A stretch of DNA of 64,000 bases from contig QPMI01000119.1 in the NCBI GenBank assembly GCA_004431415.1, forward strand, positions 1 to 64,000, in the 5' to 3' direction. The translations under genes were made by a program, and so were the position numbers. Of this stretch, positions 1-11,881 are shown piece by piece. The DNA comes from Cyanophora paradoxa CCMP329 (taxonomy: Eukaryota; Plantae; Glaucophyta). Each line of letters begins with the position of its first letter. Position 1 is the first letter of the stretch. The notes beneath the pieces were generated by a model. That model saw only the letters and a list, made by a program, of their open reading frames with translations. It searched no databases and was not told where the DNA came from.

Positions 1-702
1 AGTAGTAAAAAAATAATTCAAACTTGGCGCCATTTCTGATGCTAGTCTACCCACCATGGAGCCCGCCATCATCCCAGCTGGTCTCCCAGGGCGCCAAGCT
101 CGACAAGGCCCTCAACATCTACCTTCAGCTGATCGAGCTGCCATGGCCCGAGCCAATGATTGCCCAGGCCTGCAAATCGCTCCACGTGGCGTTCGATGCG
201 CGTTCTCAGGTGACCCGATCAGATGATCCTGGACCAAGGAGCAGATAAAGGCAGACTTTGAGGCGCTTTTCTCATTTATGAGCAAGAAGTATGCCGAAAT
301 CGAAGCAGCCAAGGATGCCGAAGCCCAAGGCGGTGAAGACGCAACGCAGAAGCCCCAGCCCAAGGCCCTGCCGGCGACCAAGGCACCGAAGTTCAAGCGC
401 TGGCCCTGCAGAGGGCGAAGGCCAAGCGGACCTGCGACCGCGTAGGCCCAAGGACATAGCCAGGAGGCAAGCGGCCACAGGCCGACTGGCCGGCGCCGGC
501 GCCCTACCGCTACCTCAAGCTGGACAAGAGCAAACGATACCGGCTTCACCAGGAGGAGGTGGCCTGAGCCCTCAGGTGGCTGGAGCCAAGGGAGATCAAG
601 GCCGGAGGCGGTATCGAGCTAGCGCTAGCGCTGGCGGCGGCGGCGTGCAGACTTGGAGGAGCAGGCCCTGCTAGATACCATCAACTTGGCAAGGTAGAGC
701 TT

Positions 703-1349
703 ATATCTAGCTAGCTAGCGCTTGCTTAATTAACTCAACTGAAGTTACCTGACATTTACCTGAAGGGTTGCGGAGGTTACCGAAGGTCGCGTCATTTACG
801 TCAGCGTCATTTACGTCACGGAGTTTGCCGACTCGGACTCGGCCCAACTTCTCCCGGTAAGTTCGAGACTTGGAAAAATAGGGTATCCCTATTACTTATC
901 GTTATTATTACTATTATCGTTATTCACATTAATGAATGCTTAAATCTATAAAAGCTGTACCAGTATCGGTGGCTACTAGTACTAAGCTAGTAGTACTAAG
1001 TAGTACCAAGAGTACTAAGTAGTACTACGTAGTACTAGCGGTACTAGTAGCTACTGGTCGTGACGAACTTACCGGAGAAGTTGGGCCCGAGTCCCGAGTC
1101 GCCGGCAAACTCCGTGACGTAAATGACGCTGACGTAAATGACGCGACCCTTCAGGTAATTAATTAAGCAAGCGCTAGCGCTAGCTAGCTAGATATCGATA
1201 CCACCTAGCTAGTAGCACTAGGACACTAGGACACTAGGACACCGGGGGTACCCCCGCCGAGTTCAAGTCTCGAACTTACCGGAGAAGTTGGGCCGAGTCC
1301 CGAGTCGCCGGCAAACTCCGTGACGTAATGACGCGGACGTAAATGACGC
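703..1349. repeat. Imperfect inverted repeat (703-872 vs 1064-1195) around an AT-rich and GTAC-rich spacer, plus a third copy at 1264-1349
   Basis: CGTCATTTACGTCACGGAGTTTGCCG...CCCAACTTCTCC(C)GGTAAGTTCG (806-865) is the reverse complement of the blocks at 1064-1127 and 1271-1332; multiple TGACGT motifs. Confidence 0.85.
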
Positions 1350-2767
1350 AAATCCCATTGGAGCTACGTTCGCACACTCCGGACGCCTCCCACAATTTTC
1401 CAAGGTACCCAGCAAGCATGGACTTTGCTGACTGCGCAGGTATCAAGCAGGAGCCTGAGGACCTTCTCACCGCCGCCGCTCGGCGCCCAAGCAGCGCCGC
1501 CGCCGCGGGCCCAAGTCCCTCTGCTCCGAGCCCGAGATCCTGGCGGCTCCGGCGCGCGGCGGAGACCGTGGACCTGACCCTGGAGGAGCCGGCGCGCGGC
1601 CCGCCGCGCCTGCTGATCCTTGCGGCGGCGGCGGCCGCGCTCTACTACGCGCCCGGCGCCTGGGCCCGCAGCTCTCGGCCTGGTCCGGAACCTTTTCTAA
1701 GTCCCTCCTCAATGGAGGCCCTGCTAGATCTCATGGCCTTTGCGCTGCCCATCTTCTTCCTGGGGGCCTCAGCCGCATGGAGCGCGAGGCGCGCCAGCCG
1801 AGCGCGTCGAGCGCGGCCTCACCCCGCAGAGCAGCGCAACCTCACCGAGTGGGACCTGGCGCTCATGGCCGGCCGCATGCTCGACGGCAACCGGCTCGAG
1901 CCGGGCCACCGCCTCAAGCTAGAGGACGGGGCACGGCCCTCTGGGACGGCGAGGCCTGGAAGCACGATTCGACGGGCGAGCCGATGAAGCTGCTCGCCTC
2001 CGGCAACAAGTACTGGCGCGGCGACTCGATGGAGTTCCGGCGCCCGTGATTTTCTGGTCCCTCTTCTAGTAGAGAATGCCCGACCCCTCGCCCGACCCGC
2101 CGCAGGCGCCGAGAGCGGGCAGCTCGGACGAGTACTCCGAGCTCACGGATCCCGACCCCGACGAGCCCGGCGACGCCTTCGCGACGGAGAACGAGCGCTC
2201 CCTCATGCGCATCTACGAGGCGCTGCGCGAGGCGATCTACTGGAGGATCCCGCCTGGGAACCTGAATGAACTTTGCAAAGTTCGCGAGTTCATGTTCGCT
2301 ATGACGTGCCCTTCACCCGAGTCGTGCTCTGGGATAGGAACAGGAACTGGTAAAGGCATTGAATACAACAGTACAGAGCCCTACGAGCTAGAGCTGCTAT
2401 CGCCCGAGTCCAGGCGCGCCTTCTTGGCCTTGGAGCGCGGAGGCGGGAGACGTACTGCAGGCGCAGGTTGCGCACTAGGAGCTCGCCGGCCGTGGTGCCC
2501 GGCAGCCCGGGAACCGAGTCGTGGGCAGCAGCTGTCCCTCGCGTATCGCCTTGTACGTCTTGCGCTTGTTTGAATGCAACCTTCTCCGTATCCTCCGCGA
2601 CCGGACCTCCAGCGCCAGCGCGCTTGGCCTTCTTGACGGAGACTGCGTTCGCACGCTCCAGCTTCACTCCGGCTCCAGGGGGGTAGGGCGACTGCGTTCG
2701 CCACCGGGTTCTCAGCGAGGAAACACGGGGGGAAGAGCCGCCGCGGGGCATGGTTCGCTCAGTTTAC

Positions 2768-3092
2768 CTAGCGTTTAGAAAATAGCGCGCGAGCCTCGAG
2801 CACCAGGAGACCCGCCACAACCGCTGCGGCGATGACAACGGCCACCTTGAGCCAGTGCCAGAAGCGCTCGGCCCCGTCCGTCAGCGCGCGGCCCGCCTTG
2901 CCCGGTGCGGTGAGCGCGGAGCCCAGGGCGCCCGCCGCAATGTCGGCCACGCGCCTCCGTCGCCGCGCAGGACGTTCTCTCGGTTCTTCGTCTCCACCGT
3001 GGCGCCAATCGCCGCGTTGATCTCGCCGAACTGCAGGCGCGGCTGGCCCTTGGGCCGAAGGTCTTCGTGAGCAGCGCATCAAGCCAGCTCAT
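2768..3092 (-). CDS. Small predicted membrane protein (apparently frameshifted)
   Basis: ATG at 3092. C-terminal hydrophobic helix WHWLKVAVVIAAAVVAGLLVLEA lies in the overlapping 2768-3082 frame. Confidence 0.35.
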
Positions 3093-3934
3093 CCTTGGCT
3101 AGCTTCCAACCGAGGTTTCGAAAAAACTATCTAAATGACCAGGCCGCGCAGGTACCAGACCAATCAGGAGCGAGCCGCCCAGCGCCACCAGCAGCGGCAG
3201 GTGCCCGTCCACGGCGCGCCGCATGCGGTTGTCGCACAGCTCCTGGCAGCTCAGCCGGTGGCTCGTCGAGTAGGCGCTCACGGCGTAGGGCGGCCGGCCG
3301 GCGGGTGCAGCCCCCGGCCAGGCACGGTAGGCCTCGCCTGGCGCCGCGCGGCCAGCGCGCCGTCGCCGCCGCTGCGCCGCCTCCCTCTGCCCCGGCGCGA
3401 TCGCCACGAGGGGCAGCGCCCCACGTCCTGCCTTGCCCGCCCCTTGATCGTTTTCAGCGACGCGGCCGGGATCTGCCGCCTTCACCTGGGCCCTCCGCCC
3501 CGCCCCGCCTTAGCCCTCGCCGCCTCGCCGATCTTGCTGCATCGCGAATCCGATTGAAACCGGTGCACAGCAGCTTCTCTACCGCGCTCGACATCTTCGA
3601 ACGTGTAACGAGAATGAAAAAATTAAAAGGGAACGCCAACGGACTTGGAACTCGGAAAGGGGAGGGGAGAATGAACTTTGAAATGTTAGCGCCCGCGGGC
3701 GCATGCCGGCCGCGGCCTGCGAGCGCGCCGGGGGCGTAGAGGGACTTGCGGCATAGCCAAAGCCCACGCCTATGACCGCCGAGGCCGGGGGTGCCGCCGA
3801 GAGCCAGGTGAGGGTCGCGGCGAGGGCTCCAAGGGTGTAGTGGTTGGGATAGGAGTCAGCGAAGGCATGGTTCGATGTCTGAATTTAGAAAAACTGCCAG
3901 TGTGTCTGCAGACTTTTTCTAAGCTCTAGCAAAG

Positions 3935-4584
3935 ATGCAGGGAACAGCCGGAAACTGCATAGAGGTGAAATTATCAGGCAAACATGGCGAGGGCCTGCAC
4001 ATGCTCATCGATGCCGAGGACTACGAGCGAGTGTCGAAACATGGTTGGAGCGTCAACTACCTGGGCTACGCAAAGGCATACATGAAATGGAACGGAGAAG
4101 GAAAACATCGAAACGTGCTGATTCATCATTTCATCATGGCAAGCCGCCTGCAGGAAAAGAAACGAACCACATTAACAGAAACAAGCTCGACAATCGGAAA
4201 AGCAACCTAGAGTTTGTCACTAAATCCGAAAACTGCAGGAACAGAGCCAAGACACGTGCACCAGCTGGTCGTGAATTCACCTCGAAGTTCAAGGGTGTGG
4301 GCTTCCGGAAACGAGAGAAACTCTGGGCGGCCAAAATAAAGGTGCCCGAAGAAAGTGAAAGAGTTCTACTTCAAAACAGAAATGAAGCAGCTCAGTGCTA
4401 CAACATTCTCGCCTTGGAGCATCATGGACGCCATGCTGTTCTGAATGAGATCCGGCGCAGGCGATACCGCACTGCCGATTCCAGACACCCTCCCCGCCTC
4501 CCTAAGGCGCACCCCTTCCCACGAACTTGCAGGCAGCCATGTGTACAGATGCGTAGTTTGAGTGGCCTTGAAAAAACACAGTGA
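3935..4584 (+). CDS. HNH endonuclease with AP2-like DNA-binding domain (frameshift near 4137)
   Basis: LIDAEDYERVSKHGW...VLIHHFIM in the first frame; NHINRNKLDNRKSNL (HNH) and TSKFKGV...KLWAAKI...EAAQCYNILALEHHG (AP2-like) in the second frame. Confidence 0.8.
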
Positions 4585-6375
4585 CTCGAGCAGGGGCAGG
4601 GAGCCGGCGCCTTGGCCTCCGCCATCTCGACGTCTGCGTCTGCAGGGCTCGGCTCCGTCTTGAGCACTGGCGCCGCAGCCTGCGAGCCCTCCGCTACGAA
4701 CCCTCTGCGGCGCGGGGCAGGGTTAGCTAGCTATAGCGCACACGAGGCGGGGCGGCGTGGCGGGCGGGGCAGGAAAGGGCGAGTGGCGCGATTGGAGAGC
4801 CCAGCGCCCTGCAAAAGGGGCTCAGGTCGGGGTCAAGGCAGGCGGCGGCGCACTCACCGGGGCCAAGGACGGCGCCCTGACCGCTGGGCCAGCGGCGGCC
4901 TCCCGCCCCATGGGCCCTGCGTCGCGCTGAGCAGAGATCCGGGCCAGGCGCCGGCGGGCGGGCTTAGCTAGGCGGGCGAAGAGGTCGGGGGCGCGGGGGG
5001 CGGAGCCGAAATCGGGGCCGGGAGCGCCGGGCCAGCGCGCTGGAACGCTAGAGCGTATCTAGAGCACGTGGGACGTGCGCAGCTTGCAAGCGCGGGCCCC
5101 CGGGATGCGCAGGACCAGACTCTCGGGTGCACCTGCACTGCGAGGCCCGAGTTTCAGCCGAGGGCCGGAGCAACGGGCCGCGGCTCCGGAGCGGTTCAGC
5201 GCGGCTAGTACAGCACCGCAAGAGCGAGCGCGGGGCGAGAACAGCGGGCGCGCACCTGAAGAGACCGCGGGTCGGGAGAGCTCGAGCGCTGGTCAGACTC
5301 GGAGAGCTCCGAAGGCCGGCGGCCGCGGCGATCGGGCCTGCGCAAGGCGGCGTCAGTCGGGCGTCGAGAGAGCCTCCAATCGGGGCCGCGCCGCAGCTAG
5401 AAGGCGTAGGCTGCGTGGCTCGGGACTCGGGACGCGGGCCGGGCCGGGGCGCACGTACACTCGTACACGGGCGAGGCAGCCGCGTCGACATGGGGCTGCT
5501 CGGCCACGATGCACGGCTCTCGTCACAGTGCGTACGGTTCCGGTGCAATGCCTCTACGGGCAGTCTACGAGGCTACGACACGCGCTGGCCTCTGCAAGCT
5601 CGCCGAATCGAGCGGGCTGCAGCTGCAGAGAGCTCAAGGCCGCAGCAATGCACCGGTTGCGCAGCGCTGCAGGCGTCGGCCCGGCGCGCAGCTGCCCTGA
5701 GACTGACTTCCGACGGTCGACAGCACCGACTCCGAGCTCAGCGAGCACTGCCAGGCTGAGCAGTGCGGACTCCCGGACTCTGGCAGGCGCGCGGCTACCG
5801 GCGCTGCACTGTGCACCGCACTACCGTAGCACCGTAGTTCGGTGCTAGGCCGCTCAGCGGCTATAGCTGGCACAGCCTAGCAGCCCGGCGGGCCGCAGCG
5901 GCCTAGCACAGCCTAGTACTAGCCCACTACTAGCCACTAGACCACCGGGCCTGGGTGGGCCAGCTACTACTGGCAGCTAGCTACCGACTCTAGTACCGAG
6001 TAACCTAGTAGTACCAACGCCTGCCGTACGTACCGCCGGTACCGGTAGTACCAGCGCAGCTAGCACTACTACGTACCGTACTAGTAGCCACCGGCGGTTC
6101 GTGGACCGTCAGACTCTGAAGCTCAGACACGTTTTTTTGTCGACCAATCACCCTCGAACACGTGGATGCACACGGCCGTCCCACAAATTTCTAAACCCAG
6201 GCTAGCTAGCACTGCGGCCGCCGGCGCGCCGGGCCTAGAGACTGGAGCTCGAGCCCAGGACCGACGGGACTAGGCCGGCTCCCCTCCACCTGCCGGGCCT
6301 GTACCCTATTAGGCTAGGGCGCTCAACGGGGTCCGGTTGAGTGAGTGCTAGCTAGGCCGAGGTCAGGCCCAGGCC

Positions 6376-6675
6376 TGTTACACGCCCCTCGTCCGACTGT
6401 TACACAGGGCCCGCGGCTGTGTTACACGGGCCCCCGCCTGCCGCCCGTCTCTCACAGCTAGATCCACGCGTGTTACACAGATCCACGTGTGAAGGCCCCA
6501 GATCCATCCTTCAATTTTACTTCTGAAGTCGTCGGACGAGTCCCTTCCCATACAAAACTGTGTAACGTACGCTTGAGATCTGTGTAACAGAAGCTAGACT
6601 CTTGTGTAACAGTCCGACGTAATTGTGTAACACAGCCTCAAATTCTGTGTAACAGACAGACGAAGTCGTGTAACA
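6376..6675. repeat. Iteron-like array: 4x TGTTACAC opposed by 6x GTGTAAC, 21-22 bp period
   Basis: Forward copies at 6376, 6398, 6420, 6471; reverse copies at 6560, 6582, 6604, 6625, 6647, 6668. Confidence 0.85.
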
Positions 6676-6768
6676 GTGCTAGCCTATACGGCCGTCCTAC
6701 AAATTTCCAAACTACAGCCAGACAGCAACAGCCATCCCAGCTTTCTTCTTATTGGACGGACGACGGTA

Positions 6769-6818
6769 CTGTCCGGACCTTTCCGATAATCTATATGATT
6801 CTAGGAGGGTCCGGACAG
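6769..6818. repeat. Palindrome with AT-rich centre; inverted copy of the 10114-10568 repeat core
   Basis: CTGTCCGGACC-tttccgataatctatatgattctaggag-GGTCCGGACAG. Confidence 0.85.
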
Positions 6819-6908
6819 CTGCAGGTGCAAGTGGGCGAGCGAACTCATTCGAAGCCCCCGAGCCTTGCAGTGCAACCCCAAAAATTCTGAGCACAGGACA
6901 TCGTAGGA

Positions 6909-9900
6909 ATGGCGCCGGCCAGCGTGTGCAGCGACGAGCTCCTCTCGCGCCTTCCAGGTGTTCAGACCATCAGCTTTAGCGACGAAGAGGCCACCTTCTT
7001 GCTTCGCTTCCTCTCGTCTGTGCTACCAAGAGCTGGAGCCCGGTGCTGGGCGCCGTCGTATGCATTGCCCACCCGCCTGGAATTACACCCAGCTGCTTTT
7101 CGGGAGCCGGCGACGAGACGAGCTGTGCGGCTGCTCGCGCGTACGTGGATAAATACGGAGGCCTCACGTTCTCTCGGCCTGTGTCGAATAGCCCGCAGCT
7201 GCGAGTTGCTTACGTCGTTCAAAACCAAGAGGTCTGTGCCTTTGCAGCCTGGGTTCTCGGCTCATCTGGAGCGCTCGAGCTTCAATTCGATAGCGGCACT
7301 GGCGCGGCGGCTCTTCGGTCGATTCCGGACGGCGGCGCTCATGATCTTGCGACGGACACTTGCACCTCGGCTTGGAACTCGAATCCCGCGGCGGATGCTG
7401 TAGCTGCAGCTAGCTCAGTTTCGAGCTCGAGCGCCATTTTCAAACGATTCCTTGATCTTTTGCACGAGAACAAGCTGGTGCGAGATGAGCTATGGCGAGC
7501 TGGTCAGGCTCTGCGCATCAGCATCGACTTGCACGACCACCGTCGAGTGCAAGATCTCCAGCCCGGGCCCGATGGCTCCATACTAATACTCATTAACTGC
7601 CCCCTAATTGCGAGTCCAGGGACAGCATTCGCGTTTAGGATCACTATACGCGCGTATGGGATCGAGGTGGAGCCTGAGGGCAGCTCGTCCGCTGCGCGCG
7701 CTTTCGGGCAGTATTTCACAGACCCAACCCAGCCCGTGGCATTTGACATTGCGCTACCGACGCTTCTGCTCGCACTCGAGTCCGCAGACATGGTTCCGTC
7801 CTCTGTGAGCTACGAGCTCGTGGACGAGCGCTTCCTGACTCGCGACATTCTAACTTCCACTTTCGGCGAGCTGCCAGCCCAGCCGACCCACGCTCAAGTG
7901 GATGTCATCTGCTCGGGTCTCAACACTGGGAAAACGCAGGCGCTCATCGACACATACCTGCGGCCGGCCCTAGAAAGCGACTGGCACGTGATTCTCGTAA
8001 CCTGTCGTAGAGCTTTTAGCCGTGATTTGAAGCGACGTCTGGACGCCGCGAACCTGCCGGACAACGCCTTGTTGTACATGGACATTCAGAAGCCACCGAA
8101 ACACTCGAAGGGGTCACACGGCGAGTACGGTTACCGCCATCCGAAGTGCAGGTGCGTTATCATCACGTTGGATTCTCTGCACAAAGTGCTTGAGGACTGG
8201 AAGGACCGGACACCTATCTTGGTGGTCCTCGATGAAATTTCGTCGCTCACGAAGCATCTGACTTCGAGTGGGACTCTCGAGCCTGTTGGCCTTGACTTCG
8301 GCGTGCGATCACTCCCTCGCAACGAGCGCTGCGTGGGTCTCTGGAGGGGTGTGATGCAAGCATCTCGCATTGTGGCTATGGATGGATTCGTGCGACCTGT
8401 TGACCTTGCGTACCTAGCAGAGTCTGCGCGAGAGAGGGGGCGAGCCTTCGACTGCTCTACAACTCCAGGCGGACCTGCTCGTGGAAAATGCGTGTCACGG
8501 ACAGCCCGGATCACGTGGAATCCGATTTGATGATCCAGTGCCGCCCTGGTCGTCACCGCGCTTTGGTCATCACAGAGACGCCCGCAAAGGCAATGGAGAT
8601 TGCAGAGAGCCTAGCAAGGCAAGCGCAGGAATCGGCACGCGATTGGGCTGACGAGTCTGCCTCACCCTTCGTGATTGGCTTGATCGTCGGTCAGGCGAAG
8701 GAGAAGAGCTGTCGCTTCATCAAGGAGGGGCCCGTTCGCATCTCACCCGTCGATCTATCGGAAGAGGGAGCGTATAAAGCTTGCGACGTGCTGATCGCTA
8801 CATCTGCGCTCGGGGCAGGCGTTGATTTTCCCGAAGCGCACTTCGACAAAATTTACGGCATCTTCCACGTGGAGCCCGCACAGCTGGAGTCCGAAGACAT
8901 CGTGCAGCTGCTGTTTCGAGCGAGAGCTCTGCGTGAGCAGCTGCAGGGCGATCCGCCAGGGGGGGAGCACCTGCTCGTCGCCGTCCGCAAGAATCGTACG
9001 CCGCAAGTGCAGGTGCAGAAGGCAATCGGGCACTGGCACGAGAGTGACGGGAGCGACGATGCAGATGCGCAGCGCTTTCTGGATCTGAAAGCAATTCACC
9101 ACGGCACTCGGCGAGCCGGCATGCCGACCCGCCGCCTTGCTGTCGCCGCTCGACTTCGGCTCCTCTCTACCTGCCCGTGGATGAATGTGCTAATCACGGA
9201 GGACCAGGGACCGAATGCACCTGCACAAGAGCGGGCGAGGCAGAAGCGAGAGATCGAGAGCGTGCTGAACGCCGGTGTCCTCGGCCCAGCCGCGCTCAAC
9301 GACCTCGTCCAAGAGTGGAGGAAATCCCGCAAATCTCTTGCGCAGCTCGAGTCCGATAAGTTGCTGTCGCTCACTCGGGCAGCTGTCGCTGCATTTCTCG
9401 TTAAGAGTTCCGACGAGCTGACCGAGGATGACGTCTCTTGGATGTGGAGCACGATGTACTCGATTCCGCTGAAGGCGACGATCCACCTGGTGCTGAAATA
9501 CGACATGCCCCTTGAAGAGATCGTGCCTTCGACGGAGCGCCTAAAGGTTTCTAAGATCGTGTCGCTTTTCAAGAAATTGTTTGGTTGGAAGGGGTACGGC
9601 AAGCTGGTGGGGCGCGTCCTCTGGTCGAAGGAGGCCTACGAGGCGCTCGCCTCCGCAGACGGTCGGGAGGCCTATGCGGCACTGCAGAGTTTGGATGAGC
9701 GTTGCCCTCGCTTGGATGCTACGGCCGAACAGCAAAAGAAGCTCTCGCAGCAGTGCTGGCAAGTGATCAAGTACCTGCTCGAAAAGTACATGGGAGTGAG
9801 GCGCGTTTTCAGCGAAGAGGACGGCGGGCAGCTGGGACATCGCAAGCGCAGATACGTCACGTGGAAGGAGGACATATTTGAGGATGCAGTCGAGCGGCAG

Positions 9901-10005
9901 GCGCAGCAGGGTGCTGCATTCGCGGCGCTAGGCGCAGCCCCGAGTATTTCGGAGGTGTACACCGTCTTTCGCGATTGCTACTCGTTGGTTCACAGGCGTA
10001 TCTAG
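6909..10005 (+). CDS. Replication origin-binding protein-like SF2 helicase (herpesvirus UL9/NCLDV OBP family); two apparent frameshifts (near 7040 and 8438)
   Basis: Walker A-like SGLNTGKT, VILVTCRRAFS, ITLDSLHKV, Walker B VVLDEISS, IVAMDG, then DVLIATSALGAGVDF and QLLFRAR (motifs V and VI) in the 8488-10005 frame. The second frameshift sits at a G5 run. Confidence 0.75.
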
Positions 10006-10113
10006 ATCTAGATCCGATCTTTGAGATGTCTGTCAAATTTACACGAGTCGTGCGCCCACTTGAGCTCAATCGATTTGCAATGTCGAGCATGCACAGATGG
10101 CGTTCCAAAATCA

Positions 10114-10568
10114 GTGTCCGGACCCTCCCTAGAATCATATAGATTATTGGAAAGGTCCGGACACTACCTAGTCCGACGAAGCGCTGTCCGGGTCATTGGA
10201 ATATTGGGGACGAAAGTCGTACGCCCAACAGATGTGTCCGGACCCTCCCTAGAATCATATAGATTATCGGAAAGGTCCGGACACTACCTAGTCCGACGAA
10301 GCGCTGTCCGGGGTCATTGGAATATTGGTATTTGTCTTACAAGGGCCTGGGACGAAAGTAGTCCACCTAAGAGATGTGTCCGGACCCTCCCAATAATCAT
10401 ATAGAGTATTGGAAAGGTCCGGACACTACCTAGTCCGACGAAGCGCTGTCCGGGGTCATTGGAATATTGGTATTTGTCTTACAAGGGCCTGGGACGAAAG
10501 TAGTCCACCTAAGAGATGTGTCCCGACCCTCCCAATAATCATATAGAGTATTGGAAAGGTCCGGACAC
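10114..10568. repeat. Tandem array of four 120-142 bp units, each with palindromic arms GTGTCCGGACC...GGTCCGGACAC
   Basis: Units start at 10114, 10234, 10376 and 10518; the array lies between the convergent helicase and YqaJ genes. Confidence 0.9.
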
Positions 10569-11203
10569 TAGAGGAGGGCGTACGACTTAAACTCGCGCAG
10601 CGCCGCCTGCTCCTCGCTGAGGTTCTCTGACTTCATTCGATCGCTGTAGGGCTCGGGCGGCGTCCCCGCCTTGACGTGTGACCAGAATAGCTGTAAGCAC
10701 TTCCTCATGAGCTGAATGTACCTCTCGTCCCGTCTGACGTACCACGTTTGCACGCGCAGAGGCGTGAAGCAAAAAAGTTCGGCCCAGTCGCGGCCCGTGA
10801 TGTCCAGCAGGCCTTGAAGTTGAGTCATGTAATAGGTAGGAACGCTATCGTAAAGTTCGCCCTTGTAAGGGCATTTCACCTCTAAAATCCTATCATTTCC
10901 TATCAGTCCGTCGGGGCTACCGGCGAGGAACGGCATTTCTTTGTGTTCGTGTAGTCCGGTATGTTTAATGTCAACGTTATCGTTCAGTGCCTTGTAGATA
11001 GAGACCGCGAGGGGCTCGTAGTCGTGCCCGTAGGTTAGGGCAGGGTTGTCAAAGTTGTTTTCCCCCGCGATCCCGCTCAGCTCCGCCCAGAGGCGGGCCC
11101 TGGATTTCCACGGGTTGATGCCGCACGCGGCGGCAAAGTTCGAGGCGGTTAGCTTTTCGCGGCGCGCAGCGTGCCACGCCGCGCTCCCCTGTTGTAGGTC
11201 CAT
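10568..11203 (-). CDS. YqaJ/lambda-exonuclease-family viral recombinase nuclease
   Basis: QGSAAWHAARREKLTASNF, YGHDYEPLA, FLAGSPDGLI, LEVKCP, YYMTQLQ (PD-(D/E)xK motifs). Start moved to the ATG at 11203. Confidence 0.9.
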   Translation of the reverse strand: MDLQQGSAAWHAARREKLTASNFAAACGINPWKSRARLWAELSGIAGENNFDNPALTYGHDYEPLAVSIYKALNDNVDIKHTGLHEHKEMPFLAGSPDGLIGNDRILEVKCPYKGELYDSVPTYYMTQLQGLLDITGRDWAELFCFTPLRVQTWYVRRDERYIQLMRKCLQLFWSHVKAGTPPEPYSDRMKSENLSEEQAALREFKSYALL

Positions 11204-11246
11204 CGTTGCAGTAGCGTTTAGAATTTCTCGATGTGTGCAATTGCAA

Positions 11247-11825
11247 ATGTCATACCCCGAGCTAACAACGAGGGACGAGGTGAAGGGAATGGTGGAGAAC
11301 GTTAGAGATTTGATCCCCTGGATAAGAGCGAACACGGGGGCCAAGCGCAATGGATACGTACCTCCGTACAACAAGCTGAAGCCGAATCTCTATTTGGCCA
11401 TGAACGCGTTCGGGGATAGCATGGACATGCGGCCCGCCGGACCCTACCGCTGGGGCTTTGGGGAGTACGGTATCATAAACGTACTGAAACAGCTCTGGAT
11501 GGCATTCGTGAGCCGGAAGAGCATGATACCGCACCTCCCAGAAGAGATTCAGCGGCTCATCTTCGAGAAGTGGTGGACGGCCGAGCGGCCTCTGACGACG
11601 GCAAACGAGCCCTACCAACCGTTGGAGGTGTTCCGTAACTGGGTAGTCGATTACTTCCACATCCGCGACAGTTACAATCGTCAGATGCCGCGGCCCCTGC
11701 TACCCTGGCAGGAATCACTCGAGGAGAACTACACAATGCCCCTGGAGATGCTACCCCCCCGCTGGCAGGAGCAGTACATACGCGAAGCGGAAGAGAAGGA
11801 GGCGAAGCGTAGGAGGCTCGAATGA
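11247..11825 (+). CDS. Hypothetical protein with F-box-like motif; paralogue of 12634-13374
   Basis: LWMAFVSRKSMIPHLPEEIQRLIF resembles LWTAFANRKSQILALPAQIQQRII; basic C-terminus KRRRLE. Confidence 0.55.
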   Translation: MSYPELTTRDEVKGMVENVRDLIPWIRANTGAKRNGYVPPYNKLKPNLYLAMNAFGDSMDMRPAGPYRWGFGEYGIINVLKQLWMAFVSRKSMIPHLPEEIQRLIFEKWWTAERPLTTANEPYQPLEVFRNWVVDYFHIRDSYNRQMPRPLLPWQESLEENYTMPLEMLPPRWQEQYIREAEEKEAKRRRLE

Positions 11826-11843
11826 GGTACCCCGACCGGGAGT

Positions 11844-11879
11844 GGGGGTACAGGTAGATATTCTCAGCGAGCCGCGAGC
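11844..11879 (+). promoter_or_regulatory. 36-bp repeated gene leader, copy 1
   Basis: GGGGGTACAGGTAGATATTCTCAGCGAGCCGCGAGC, 2 nt before the ATG at 11882. Confidence 0.7.
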
Positions 11880-11881
11880 GA

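Noticed and set aside
1-10. AGTAGT at the window start as a Polinton terminus
   Set aside because: This is the window edge, no matching TIR was found, and AGTAGT is frequent nearby.
5040-6100. Long GC-rich ORFs and CTAG/GTAC-rich tracts (also 955-1060)
   Set aside because: Low-complexity Arg/Ala/Gly translations with no motifs; possibly poor-quality consensus sequence.
10114-10568. CRISPR-like array of palindromic repeats
   Set aside because: The intervening sequences are themselves repeated, units are 120-142 bp, there are no cas genes, and the context is eukaryotic.
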